NCBI GenBank assembly: GCA_900128565.1
Contig: LT635933.1
Coordinates: forward strand, 1 to 43,173
Direction: 5' to 3'
Origin: Stramenopiles sp. TOSAG23-6
Lineage: Eukaryota
DNA: 43,173 bases
The first letter of the stretch is position 1. Each line of letters begins with the position of its first letter. The notes under the pieces are model-generated. The model worked only from the letters and a program-made list of their open reading frames with translations. It searched no databases and was not told the origin of the DNA. The translations under genes were made by a program, and so were the position numbers. Below are positions 9,110 through 20,393 of this stretch, one piece after another.

Positions 9110-10107
9110 TTAATTTTCAACAATATCTGGTAACCATAACTTTCCTGGATTAGATTGTCTAGCAACAAGTTCTTTCCAGTGTATATGGGTGTCCTTAATG
9201 ACTTGAAAAGCTTCAAGTGCTGAAAGGGCGCGTTCGTCATGACCAAAACTATTCGGTAATTTCCCGTCAGGAAGTACTCTGAAAAAATATTTTCAAAACA
9301 AAAAAAATCGTTAGGTACAAATTTTCGTATGAAAAAATATAAATTTGAAATTATAGTGAAAACGTACAACTTTATACCATCGGAACCACTCGCGTATACC
9401 CGATACAACTCCATGTTCAATATCGGATACATCATTGATTTTTGATGCAAGTGGATCATCAACACGTATTGCAATTAGTTTCCAATCGAGCTCACCGTCG
9501 TCAATCATGTATTCTAAAAAATATTTTTTTTTTACGAAAAAAAAAATCGTTACGTACGGAATTTCATACAAAATACAAAATAAAAATCATGATGAAAAAC
9601 GTACATGGACAAAACACCCAATGGCTTCACACTATATATTCCACCCATCTCACACTCTTCTGTTCCAATTTCAACAACATCTAAGGGATCATTATCCCCG
9701 AAACATCCTACTATATCGTCTTTTACGTTTGGATCCTCCCACGTTTGAGGTAAACATCCATAGTTCCAGTATATTGGACCATGGTAAAAACGAGGCTCTC
9801 CGTTTTTGACATCTTGTACAATAGGATTAAAACGCGACTTTGTATCGACCTCCATTTTTGCAGTAGTACAACGTGGTATTTCACATAAAAAGTTCACTGT
9901 ACCTTTTTGGTCTGCGGAATAAAGAGGAATATCATGCCACGGAGATACTTGGGCCTTTTCGTTACTGAAATAATCCATGCGAAAACTAGGACTGTGCAAG
10001 ACACCCGTTGTCGATAGCGTAGGTAACGCTACAGCTTTTGAAGATAAAGAACGCCGGCATGCACTTGCAAGTGCACCCGTGTATCGCTGCAGAGTGAATG
10101 CCAACAT
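9110..10107 (-). CDS. PPA: Family I soluble inorganic pyrophosphatase, 267 aa, probable mitochondrial presequence; exons 10107..9605, 9506..9368, 9271..9110
   Basis: SPWHDIPL, EIPR, NYGCLPQTWEDP, GDNDPLDV, MIDDGELDWK, WFRWYKVPDGK, THIHWKEL; 804 nt in frame. Confidence 0.95.
9272..9367 (-). mobile_element. Non-canonical intron/introner copy, PPase intron 2 (TT|GTACGTTT...CAGAGTACTT|), 96 nt
   Basis: Exact removal restores YK-V-PDGK; full consensus TTCATACGAAAATTTGTACCTAACGA. Confidence 0.93.
9507..9604 (-). mobile_element. Non-canonical intron/introner copy, PPase intron 1 (AT|GTACGTTT...TAGAATACAT|), 98 nt
   Basis: Exact removal restores LGVLSMIDDGELDWK; branch variant GTACGTAACG. Confidence 0.93.
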
Positions 10108-10415
10108 GAAACAATGTAATATTACTGAATTCAATGCTCTATTCGGCTATATTTTGTAGGTAAACTCCGAATCCGTCGTCGTTGTAATACTATAAATAAG
10201 TCGTATCAGCAGCACACGTGCCCACGTGTCATTTTCCTAAAAAAACACGAAAAAAATCGAAAAAATCGTTGAATACTAGAGCCCTAACCCTACGTAAGCC
10301 GATGAATGATGAGATTGCTACAACAAGCGATAATTTTCTAGTTAATTATTAGTACAAAAGTACAATATCATTACATTAAAAAAATTGACTTTATTCTTTA
10401 TTATATTATTCTCAC

Positions 10416-13400
10416 TTAATCAAGAATGCCTTCTCCTTTTTCCTTTACTTTCCATAAATATTCATCTGCCTTCCCTTGCTGCTCTAACACCAATGTATCT
10501 TGAATATAATCAATAATAATTTTATCCCTTGATGTTGGTGTAGCTTTACACGTATTTATTTCACGAAATAATTCTTCTTTGTACATTTCGGGTAATATTG
10601 TATCATAGAAAATACGTTTATTAGGTCTTGGGTCATATCCTTTAATGCTAATTTCGGTGCCTCTAATGTCAACAGTAACACACAACAATTGACTTGTTGC
10701 CTCTTCTTCGTCATCATCCGAATCTTCATCATCTTGACAACGTCCCATTTGTATTCGTCTTTCCTGGAGTTTCTTTTTCCTGCGCTCTTCAAATTCAGCA
10801 CGTTTTTTTTCTTTTTTGATTCTTTTCTCTTCATCTATTTTTTTCCTTCGTTCCTCCTCGCGTAATGCAGAATCTGGACGCTCAGCGATAGGAGCATTTT
10901 TTAAAATATTAGCTGCTTCATTATCACCACCCATTATTTCATCCATATCAAAAAAACCATCGACATCTATAGTTTCTTCTTCTGATGAACTAATATTTTC
11001 TTCCATTGCGGTATACATATCTGCTAAATCTTGATCAGTCAAATCTTTCGAATTCTTCACTATAGGTACACGATACACAAATTTAAGAATCCTCTTTGGC
11101 ATTTGAATTAAACCGTCACCTCGTTCAAAGTTTTCATTGCCAAGTGTACATAGCGATAATTCACGCCCCAAAAGTCGATCCATGAAGTCTTCAAATAATT
11201 TTCTGTCTTTTTTATTTTCTGTAGGAAACAAAAAGGACAAAGGATGATTAAATGCAAGTCGTGTATCATCGAGGAGATGCACGCGAATTTCATTGAGATC
11301 GACTGTGAATTCGAACACTTTACATGAACGGGGCATGTATAACCGTATTAAAATCAATGATTTTTCAAAATCAGCAATTTTAGTGTTTGCAGTATTACTT
11401 GCTTCATCGATACTATACATGTTGTTTTGTGCTGGCATTGAAAATACATCATAAATCACTCTCATTTTATGATATGTAAATATTTTACCAATGCCATGAG
11501 CTACCTTATTATTTCGTAAAGGGGATCCAGACAACTTTTCAAAACGATCAGCCAGTAAAATGTTTCGTAATCTTTTGCAGGGTTTCCATGTGCTTTTATT
11601 ATAACGTGGCGGTGGTGAATCTACATATGAAAGAATAGCTGAATCTCCTGATCGAAGTGGTGCACCAGGTAAACCACGTTTTGTTCCAATACAAATTCTC
11701 ATAAACGATCCAAGAGATACTGAAAAGTTTTGCTCAAGTGTTACCTTTTTAGCTAACATGCGTGCCACTGAAAGTAACCATTGTGTGTCACTATATTTTG
11801 AATCATCGTCTTTGGGTAAATGAAATGTTTCTTCAGCAAAACGGAATGAAATTGCACAGTTGTACTGCTCAGAATTCTTTGTGTTATATACACGAACATA
11901 GAAACATTTTCCATACCGAATATATTTGAACACATATATTATGTATATATCATGCCAATGTGTCATTTTACGTGTTATTCTGTATATCAACTCACGATTG
12001 CGCTTTGCATTAGATCTCTGATATAGTCGATCAACTTTACTCATCTCCCAAGGTAGAACTGCTTTCCATCTCGGAGCATCATTTAAAATTCCATCGTTGT
12101 CTTGTTTTGGTGTGCTTACTTTGCTCAATTTGAGTCCACTTGGTGCCATACACATCGGTCTACATTTACATGTGCCTTGTACTTCTTTGGATTCTTTCTG
12201 CTCTACATTGGTACTTGAACTTTGAATGATGTAATCACTATCAGATGATTTCTCAAGGACATTAATGTCTTTTGTTTTCTCTTTAGCTTCATCAATATTG
12301 TCTATTTCTGTTTTCATCAAAGTACTTTCTATTGTTACAGGTTCACTTACTTTATCTTTCACGCAAAGGTCCTGTTGCATTTCATGTTGTTTCTTTAACC
12401 ATTCATCAGTCAAATCAAATGTGGTATTAGATAAAACTTCTCTGTTATAGTCATCTATTTCTTTCTTGAGTTTTTTAGCTTTTAAACGAGCATTTGCAAT
12501 TGTTTCTTCAACCCCTAATGCTTTAATACCTGGACTTATTCCTAACCGCTTTCGAGGAATTAATGCATTCCATTCTGTCCAGTTAATAATGCCATCCTTA
12601 TCTTGATCTAGAGCTTCAAATATTTGTTGAATTCGTAGTTGTTTACCGGTTTCTTGTACAACCAAGTCTAATCTGCCACATTCTTTAGGTGCTTTTAATT
12701 CTAATCGAAACTCTAACTCTTTAAATATATCTTCCTCTTCTTTCTTACCTTTCAAGGGATAAACTCCACCACCATTAAAAAAATTTACCATATGATGCAA
12801 CTGTATAGCCATGTTTGTTGGTAAAGGTCTTTCGCCATCAGAATCTTCACTCCCAGAACATTCAGTAGTCTGTGAATCAAAACTCAATGAACCCATTGAT
12901 GAGCTTGAACTTGAAATATCCGAGTCGGATAAGCAACTTGAATTTTCGGATGAAGAAGAATCACTATCATTCTCAAATTTAGGTTGCAAAGGTGCAAGTT
13001 CCCATCCTATTCCCACTGGTACATCCTTTGAATTGACATATTCGTAATCATTATCTCGAATTGATGATTCTTCATTGTGATTATTTTCGTTTGTCGTTTC
13101 CTTACTTGAAAAACCTGACTTCAATCGCCTCCATGCTTGAATTCCACGCAACTTCTCCTTTTTCCTTTTTTCATGTCGACGATTTTTCTTTTCTTGTAAA
13201 AGACGAAATTTTTCTTCTATAGTCTTTTGACCTTTTGGTGGCCATGGTTTGCCGTCTTTTTCAGCTTGGCGTTTTAATTTTATCCGATCTTGAAATTCTT
13301 TTGCATAATTCCCCCTTTCCTTTAGCTTTTTGATAGCAATTTTTGATTCCTTTTCAACGCGATATTGTTTCCGTTTTATACGACGAATGCGTCTCTCTCT

Positions 13401-15919
13401 CTTCCGTCGAAGCTTGGCGCGCAGTTTAGACCGCGCTAAAGATGCTTCACTTTGTTTTTTTGCAACTATAGCCTCTAATAAAGTCATACCACTGTACCTT
13501 GTAAGTGGCCGGTTTTTCCATCTCGATGATTCTCTTGTTTTGCAATGTGACACATCATTATATATTTCTTTTTTACTTCGTACATTAGTTTGCATTGCTC
13601 GAACAAATGGTGCTGTTGTGGCGCGTTTTGCATTGAAACGTTCCTTAAAATCCTGAAGTCTTTCTTCATTTGCGGATAAATTAATCGATGAAATATCCAC
13701 TGCTGGCGAGCTACTTGTTTTCATATGCTCTGTCTTTGGCCTCGAAATTCGCGAAAATCCAGAAGTATCGAGTTGTCTACTTTCTGGACGAATCATACGA
13801 GATATATTTTTATAAGGTTTTGATTTGTGTATGTTTTCCATAGTTTTGCTACCATGAACCCACTCACCATCACTCCACCTCCCTGCACGTTTATTTAGTG
13901 TTTTGTTTGGCATTGCTTCACTTTTGCCAGAGAATGCGCCAGTGTATCTCGATGCTCCTGCTTGACTAATTAATGATGGAGATCCACCTGAGGCAACTGT
14001 AGCACTTGGCGGAAGACCTGTAGTAGATTCTACACCATACACGCGCAATCTTTCATCATATGATATCCAGTCATCATCTAGACTTGGGTTCCTAAATCGC
14101 AAGGCGAATAAATCTAATGCCCCAATAGGATCAAATCTTTCATTTGGAAAAATAAAATACACCAATTTCATCATTCGGGAAATCACTTCACGTTTATGCC
14201 CAGGTCGAAGCAAATGTTGAGACTCTTTCCCTAATAGCGATGGAAGCATTCGCATGTTTACTTCCAATTTATATAAACCACAATCTGTCGCATCATATGC
14301 TTCTATTTGAATGAACTTCGGACCATCAGAACCAGCTGTGTAGACTCTTCCATCCATACCTACTCCAAACACTGACACGATATGTGTCGTTCCTGCAATG
14401 GAAAAGCAACCTCGCTCAAAGAATACTTTATTTACGGGAACCCCACGAACCCACATACGTCTTCGATTACGTTCCTTCGTTGCATCTTCCATAAACATCA
14501 TTTCGCGGTTTTTCTTTTCTTCAAAATAAGAAAAGTCTAGTAATTGAAGAGAATCTGATTCCTCGCGATATCTATTACGCAGAATTTCACGAAATTCTTT
14601 TGGTGGCATTCCTTTTATAGAACCATAATGATAATCCTTCCGATGCATTGGCATTAAAGGTCGTTCATATATCGTGAAAAAATATTTTTTTTTTTGTTGA
14701 AATTAAAAAAAAATCGTTAGGTACAAAATTTGGTACAATTTGTTTTTTGAAATTGGTGATAAAAACGTACATCTGTTACAAGACAAGATCGTGTCAAAAT
14801 ACCACCGCCAATTTCAAGAGGATCAATCTTTGGTTTTACAATGTTTTTTCTTGGTTCCACAAATTGCATTGAATTGCTCATTTTTACCATCAATTGGCCG
14901 GTAGCACAATCTAAAAATGATTTGTTTTTGGTAATTAATTCAACACTAAGAAGTGGTGCATTATTTTTTCTTATTTTAATTTTTTTATAAGGTACTGGTC
15001 CATCACAAGCTAAGCCCCCAGCAGACATATAACTATCATCGCTACTAGCATCTGAAGCATAACTTTTGCACTCTTCATCACTTTCATGATTAGTTGAAAA
15101 CGTAATTTTATTATCATCTCTTGTTTGATTCGTAGAACAATCAAATTTATGTATTTTCTGAGAATTTATTTCTTGACCCTTTTTTACATTATGTTTTTCT
15201 TTTTGATCCTGTTTTGCATATATCGTTTGATGTACTAAAGCTACAGTTTGGTTTTGAGAAATTGTTGAGCTCTTTTGTTTTTTTAGAGGTTTTCGCACTT
15301 TTTGTCTTTTTTGTTTTTTTATTCTAGAATGTACCCTTGGCGAAGAAACAGCTTTTAAATGAGGCTTTACAATCTTTTGGTGTTTTCGATGTTTTTCAAT
15401 ATCAATACTACTTTCGTTAAATGGTAGGGTTGTAATCACTCCTTTCGGTTTAAGTGTATCTAAAGGAGAAAGTTTTAAAGACTCTAGTCGAATCCGTGGG
15501 GATTTCCCTCCCAAACGCTCAAGAGGCGTCGATAAATCTGAACTATGCTCTATTTGGTTCGTCACATCGACTCTATTATCACGAATATGATCATATTTAT
15601 CACAATATTCAGACAACTGTTTGGCAAAAATTTCTTGTTCGTACAAGTACCTCGCAGCATCTTCCTTTGCTTGGAGAGTATATTTCCTACGATCCATTTC
15701 AGAAAGTAAAGTCCATGCAGTCGATACTAATTTAGCTATTTCTTTTTTTCCTACATTTGGATTTTCCTCACAAATACGTGCTCTGTTAGAATGAACAAAG
15801 AATAAATAAGGAGTCCATTTAGCCCGAGGTGGTCGGGGTGGCTTCTGGGGTATTGAAACTGGTGGGAGCTTCCTTGACTGTTTCTTTTGAAACTCCTGAA
15901 GTTTTCTAGCTGCTAACAT
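10416..15919 (-). CDS. Large HMG-box and EF-hand protein, 1799 aa; exons 15919..14771 and 14666..10416
   Basis: HMG box PPRPPRAKWTPYLFF...W..L...DRRKY...A.ED..RY; EF loop DQDKDGIINWTE; the 400- and 1412-aa ORFs join in frame across a family intron. Confidence 0.85.
14667..14770 (-). mobile_element. Non-canonical intron/introner copy (AT|GTACGTTT...CACGATATAT|), 104 nt
   Basis: TTTTGTACCTAACGA, AAAATATTTT; phase 0 join LVTD-ERPLMPMH. Confidence 0.85.
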
Positions 15920-16405
15920 TGCTTGTATGAACCTAGAAGAAAGAAACTAAAAAAATACCTATCCTATTGAAGAGCATTTTTCAATACTGATGTCAACATA
16001 TTATATATTTGTTTGAAACATAACTTTTTCTATAATTTCAATGATAACTAACACTCAGGAATTAGACTATGTACCGTACAAGCCTACTATGGGAGTATTA
16101 TTGATAATACTAGTACCTATTGTCCCACACTTGTGTAGTTCTACAGTGAATTCTAAGTCGCGCTGATTGACAGTTACAATATTACGTAGCTACTATTAAT
16201 TAGCTATAATATCGATTTGGTTTTTTGGTTCGACAAAAAAAAAATCATTTTTGGCCGCCGGTCATTTTTGACTTGGAATATTAATATTAAATATTTTTAT
16301 TTTACTAGAAGGTTGCAAACCATAGAAAGGTCCGTGGAAATGAATATGAAAGGTTCAATGAAACATGTTTATTGAGTTTTCTTGCATATAAGGTGTTCTT
16401 TTATC

Positions 16406-17292
16406 ATGAGTGATGATGGTTGGGAAGATGGTGCTAGTTGTGATAGTCAGGAAGAAAGTATAAAAGGTGCAGTTGGAGACGAGTTCGTTGATCCCTTCAC
16501 TGACCAGAACGTGCATGTATCAAACAAAGTAGAGTGCGAAGATGATGGTTGGGAAGAGGGCGCTGGTAACATTGCGGCGGCAAAGAGGGAAAATGAAAAG
16601 TCAAAACGTAAGGCATTAAAGAAGGCATTTCATTCTGTTGAAGTCCATAAAGCCCATATTATATGTCTTACTGCTCATCTTGTACGTGTGAATGAGGTAT
16701 GTGATGATGTCATGGTTCAAGCTGCGGTACTTTCAACTCTTCCAACGGAAATACGTCCCAAGCTATCAAATTCGTTGATGGAAAATTCTGATGATAAGGT
16801 CACATCAATATTATCCCTGCGTGTTATGTTTGAATGGTTTACAACTTTCTTTAAACACGTTGAAGTCCCAGGTCGACCACTAGCAATAGGTAATGCATGT
16901 TGGGGAGCTGATGCAAGAGCACGTTTGCTTCATGTTATTGCAAATAGACGAGGTTATCCGGAAGAATTGCTTCAAATATGGGTATCTCTTTGTCGATCGT
17001 TAAGGTTTCCTGCTCGTTACGTCCGTAGATTTGATCCCTTGCACTGGCGGAAAAAAGAGTTGAAGAAAAAGAGAGGCAAACGAAAGCGAGAAACAAAAAA
17101 AGCTCATGATAATTTATCATCGGCATTGAGTACTGGAATGATTTCTTCTTTAGGACATAGTGCTGGTAAAATGATGAAAAAGCGTCAAAGTAGTGAATGG
17201 CATCTTCAAAGAATACGTGAAGAAGGTATGTTTTTTTCTACAAAATGTGATACCTACTTTTTTTAGTATGGAATTTTTTTTTTTTTTTAGTA

Positions 17293-17330
<38 letters not shown>

Positions 17331-18811
17331 AAAAAAAAATATATATATATTTTTCCACAATGTAGGTCGGAGGATTGTAGGCGATGGAGTTCGATTAGAC
17401 CAAATGTCACTACCGACTGATTGTTGGTCAGAAGTATGGTGTTCTATTAAACATGATATAAATGAAACACTAATCTCTAACCCTACTCCTGAGACAAACA
17501 CGAAATATGATACAAATAGTTCATCCTCAACATCTCCAAATATTTTGGATATTGATTCCGTACCAAATTCTATAACAAATATTATACCTGAAAAATGGTA
17601 TTGTGTAGATCCTCTACGAGGGAAACTAGAAGATGTAAAAAGTCCCGAACGATTATGTACGTGTCCAAAATTGAATTGTGTACTTTATTTTTCTTTTTTG
17701 TACCAAATTTTTGTACTTACAATTTTTTTTTTTTTTTTTTTACGAAAAAAAAAAAAAAAAAATATTTTTTCACCATATATTGTCAATGAGTCATGGAGCT
17801 TCATATACATATTCGCGACAGGATAAAAATATGAAAAATTATACTTCTTCGGATTCTATTAAGTGTAAAGGGAAGCATATGCCATTAGTATATGTAGCTG
17901 CTATTGAGAAAAATAATATTCTTTTTGATGTTACACGGAGATATGTACGTTTTCAATTTCGAATTTCAAATTTATTTTTTTTTCATACGAAATTTTGTAC
18001 CTAACGATTTTTTTTTTTCGGTAAAAAAAAAAAAATATTTTCACAATATATGCTCATAACTGGTCAATGACAGAAAAAGAGAGAGTGCCTACAAGTAGTT
18101 CTACAACACTAGCTGGAAGATCACTAAAGCGAATGGGTGATGATGTATCTTGGTCGACATTTGATGAGCTCATTCTTCAATTAAATGTTTATTATGAAAA
18201 AAATTTGAATGAAAAACGTTTGAATGAAAAAATATCACGAAATATTGATACTACAGAAGATTTGACATCTATGAAAAAGAATATAAAAATATCACGAAAT
18301 GTTGCTGAGAAAAATGAATTATATTTTGCCATGAATGATGAACCAATGCCTACGAATTTATCATCTTTCAAAGCTTCTAAAAAATACGTGCTTGAAAGAT
18401 TTCTTCGAAAAGATGAAGTTATTTGGAACCTTTCGAACCCTAACCCTAATAAACGGAATAATACAAAAAATAAAGTAAATGAAAAAAGGAACAAAAACAA
18501 CTCAATGAAAACTACAAAAAACATGTATGTTTTATTTTTTTTTTTACAAAAAAATCGAATTTTTTTTTCGTACGAAAATTTGTACCTAACGAATTTTTTT
18601 TTTTTCGGTAAAAAAAAAAAAAATTTCACAATACATGATCAAAGAAACAAAATCGATTACAGGTATAAATTTTAAATCTAATGATTTTGGTACGGAAAGT
18701 TATACCATGCTAAAGAGAGCTTGTCAAGAAAATGATTGTTTTAAAGATATTGATGTTGGAGATGCAGCAAATATTGGATCAGAGATATTAGGTAATTGTA
18801 TCATTTCATAA
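16406..18811 (+). CDS. XPC: XPC/Rad4 DNA-damage recognition protein, C-terminally incomplete (about 640 aa); exons 16406..17225, 17366..17656, 17781..17944, 18052..18524, 18637..18811
   Basis: HKAHIICL, SLCRSLRFPARYV, WSEVW, WYCVDP, YVAA...DVTRRY, EPMPT...FK...YVLERFLRKDEVI; 1923 nt in frame; BHD2/BHD3 not seen. Confidence 0.85.
17226..17365 (+). other. GT-AG intron with degenerate family-like architecture (AG|GTATGTTT...CCACAATGTAG|), 140 nt
   Basis: Phase 1 join EE-G-RRIVGD; Tn/An runs and CACAA at the family spacing; no intact TACCTAAC. Confidence 0.8.
17657..17780 (+). mobile_element. Non-canonical intron/introner copy, XPC intron 2 (AT|GTACGT...CACCATATAT|), 124 nt
   Basis: GTACTTAC branch variant, T19-ACG-A18; phase 1 join PERL-L-SMSHG. 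Confidence 0.82.
17945..18051 (+). mobile_element. Non-canonical intron/introner copy, XPC intron 3 (AT|GTACGTTT...CACAATATAT|), 107 nt
   Basis: Full consensus; join gives DVTRRYAHNW, matching the XPC DVTxRYxxxW spacing. Confidence 0.9.
18525..18636 (+). mobile_element. Non-canonical intron/introner copy, XPC intron 4 (AT|GTATGTTT...CACAATACAT|), 112 nt
   Basis: TTTCGTACGAAAATTTGTACCTAACG; phase 2 join TTKNM-IKETKS with an open frame to 18811. Confidence 0.82.
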
Positions 18812-19049
18812 AAAAAAAAATTAAAAAAAAAAAATATTTTTTTGTTTTTTTTAAACGACCTTTAAAATTATCCTCCCGAGAGAGAGTCAGTGCAACCAAG
18901 GCCTACGTACTACGTAGGTAATAAAATTCTATTCTATTACCTTGGTGCAAATATCCAGGGCTGCACTGTACTTTGGCGCAAACAGCTCGCCTGCTAGCGT
19001 AATCAAGATATAGATAACGGGTAACAAACTCCGAAAGATTTCAAAAACA

Positions 19050-20393
19050 ATGAAGTGGTTTATACTATTAAGCTTGATTGCATCAGACGTGTCACACGCT
19101 GCAATGACTCCTTCCTTGGAAGGTCGTAATTTGGGACACGTTTCAGTGGAACAAAAGGTTCTATCAAGATGGGAAAGCCTTGCGCTACAATTTGAGGACA
19201 GGAACACGAATTACCATGTTTTAATGGCTCGTCGACGCTTTGCTTTTGCACGCGTCTTACGGGATTTCCCAGAATATGACACAATTTTTACCCAACTTGC
19301 GCATCGAATCCTTCAGTTTTCGCATAATCCTTGGTCGAGTCAAGCTAGGAATAACGTTGTTGAAGTTGCTTCAGGTGTGAATCCTTCACAACCATTGGAA
19401 ACTGTCTTGGATTTTCTCCCAAAATCTGGTGGACAACTTATACGAGCTTTGGAAAATTCAATAAATGCTCGCAATCCTGCTGATGAAGCACTAGCTGTTG
19501 AAATGTCAAAACACTTGGAGAAGAAAGCAAAAGCTGAGAAATGGAAACAACTGTCAGTGGAGGAAAAGAACACAATCTTTACTGAATATGTCACAGAGCA
19601 TAGCTTGGAGTTAACACCTCCATTTGTTGTTGTTAAAGACAAAACAAACGTTTTTAAGTGGTATGCTAATTCAAATGCAGACCATAGTAAAGCACAAGAG
19701 GGTACTCATCCACTTCATAAAGCTGTAAGAACTAATAATACAACAATGATTGACGTTTTGCTGGCGATTGGCGCTGATATTGATGAACTTGACGGAAATT
19801 TCGAAACTCCATTGTATATTGCATCATGCGAGGGTCATGCAGAAGTTGTTGCAAAGCTTACCGGTGTTGGTGCTGATGTCAATCAGACCAATGGTGATAT
19901 GTACGGTTATACCCCATTGATTATTGCTTCACTGAAGGGTCATGTTAGAGTAGTTGAACAACTTATTGATCATGGTGCTAATGTCAATCAGGCTGTTGAA
20001 GACAACATTACCCCATTGTATCTTGCTTCACATGAAGGTCATGCAGCAGTGGTTCGACTACTTCTTGATAATGGTGCTGATGTCAACACGGGTGATGAAG
20101 AAGGAGATACCCCATTGCTTATTGCTTCAAAGAATGGTCATGAAAAAGTAGTTGAAGAACTTCTCAAAGCAGATAAAATTGATGTCAACACGACTGATGA
20201 AGATGGAGATACCCTATTGATGATTGCTTTATTGAAAGGTCATGTTGGAGTAGCTCAACAACTAATTGCTGCTGGTGCTGATGTCAATCAGGCTGTGACA
20301 AGTGGACCATGGACCGGATATACCCCATTGATGATTGTTTCACAGAATGGACCCTTGTATGATGCATTATACGGCCCGGAAGCTCCGCATTGA
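19050..20393 (+). CDS. Ankyrin-repeat protein with N-terminal signal-peptide-like segment, 447 aa, intronless
   Basis: About 7 TPL..A...GH...V..L...GADVN repeats; MKWFILLSLIASDVSHA leader; last repeat incomplete. Confidence 0.9.
   Translation: MKWFILLSLIASDVSHAAMTPSLEGRNLGHVSVEQKVLSRWESLALQFEDRNTNYHVLMARRRFAFARVLRDFPEYDTIFTQLAHRILQFSHNPWSSQARNNVVEVASGVNPSQPLETVLDFLPKSGGQLIRALENSINARNPADEALAVEMSKHLEKKAKAEKWKQLSVEEKNTIFTEYVTEHSLELTPPFVVVKDKTNVFKWYANSNADHSKAQEGTHPLHKAVRTNNTTMIDVLLAIGADIDELDGNFETPLYIASCEGHAEVVAKLTGVGADVNQTNGDMYGYTPLIIASLKGHVRVVEQLIDHGANVNQAVEDNITPLYLASHEGHAAVVRLLLDNGADVNTGDEEGDTPLLIASKNGHEKVVEELLKADKIDVNTTDEDGDTLLMIALLKGHVGVAQQLIAAGADVNQAVTSGPWTGYTPLMIVSQNGPLYDALYGPEAPH

Noticed and set aside
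9507-9604. U12-type AT-AC introns (register shifted by 2 nt; TACCTAAC resembles TCCTTAAC)
   Set aside because: No ATATCCTT 5' consensus; several copies would begin TT/CT/TA/CG or end AT; GTAYRT is the conserved element; the branch lies about 35-55 nt from the end, longer than typical for U12. The register is formally undecidable from DNA where flanks repeat.
17150-18629. Short Phe/Lys-rich ORFs (e.g. 17193..17420, 17595..17789, 18192..18629) and other antisense ORFs
   Set aside because: Translations of intron homopolymers or shadows of real genes.
9110-18811. Genes as frameshifted pseudogenes disrupted by MITEs
   Set aside because: Exons are stop-free with intact motifs, all inserts are in sense orientation, copies are diverged from each other, and one rule restores every frame.
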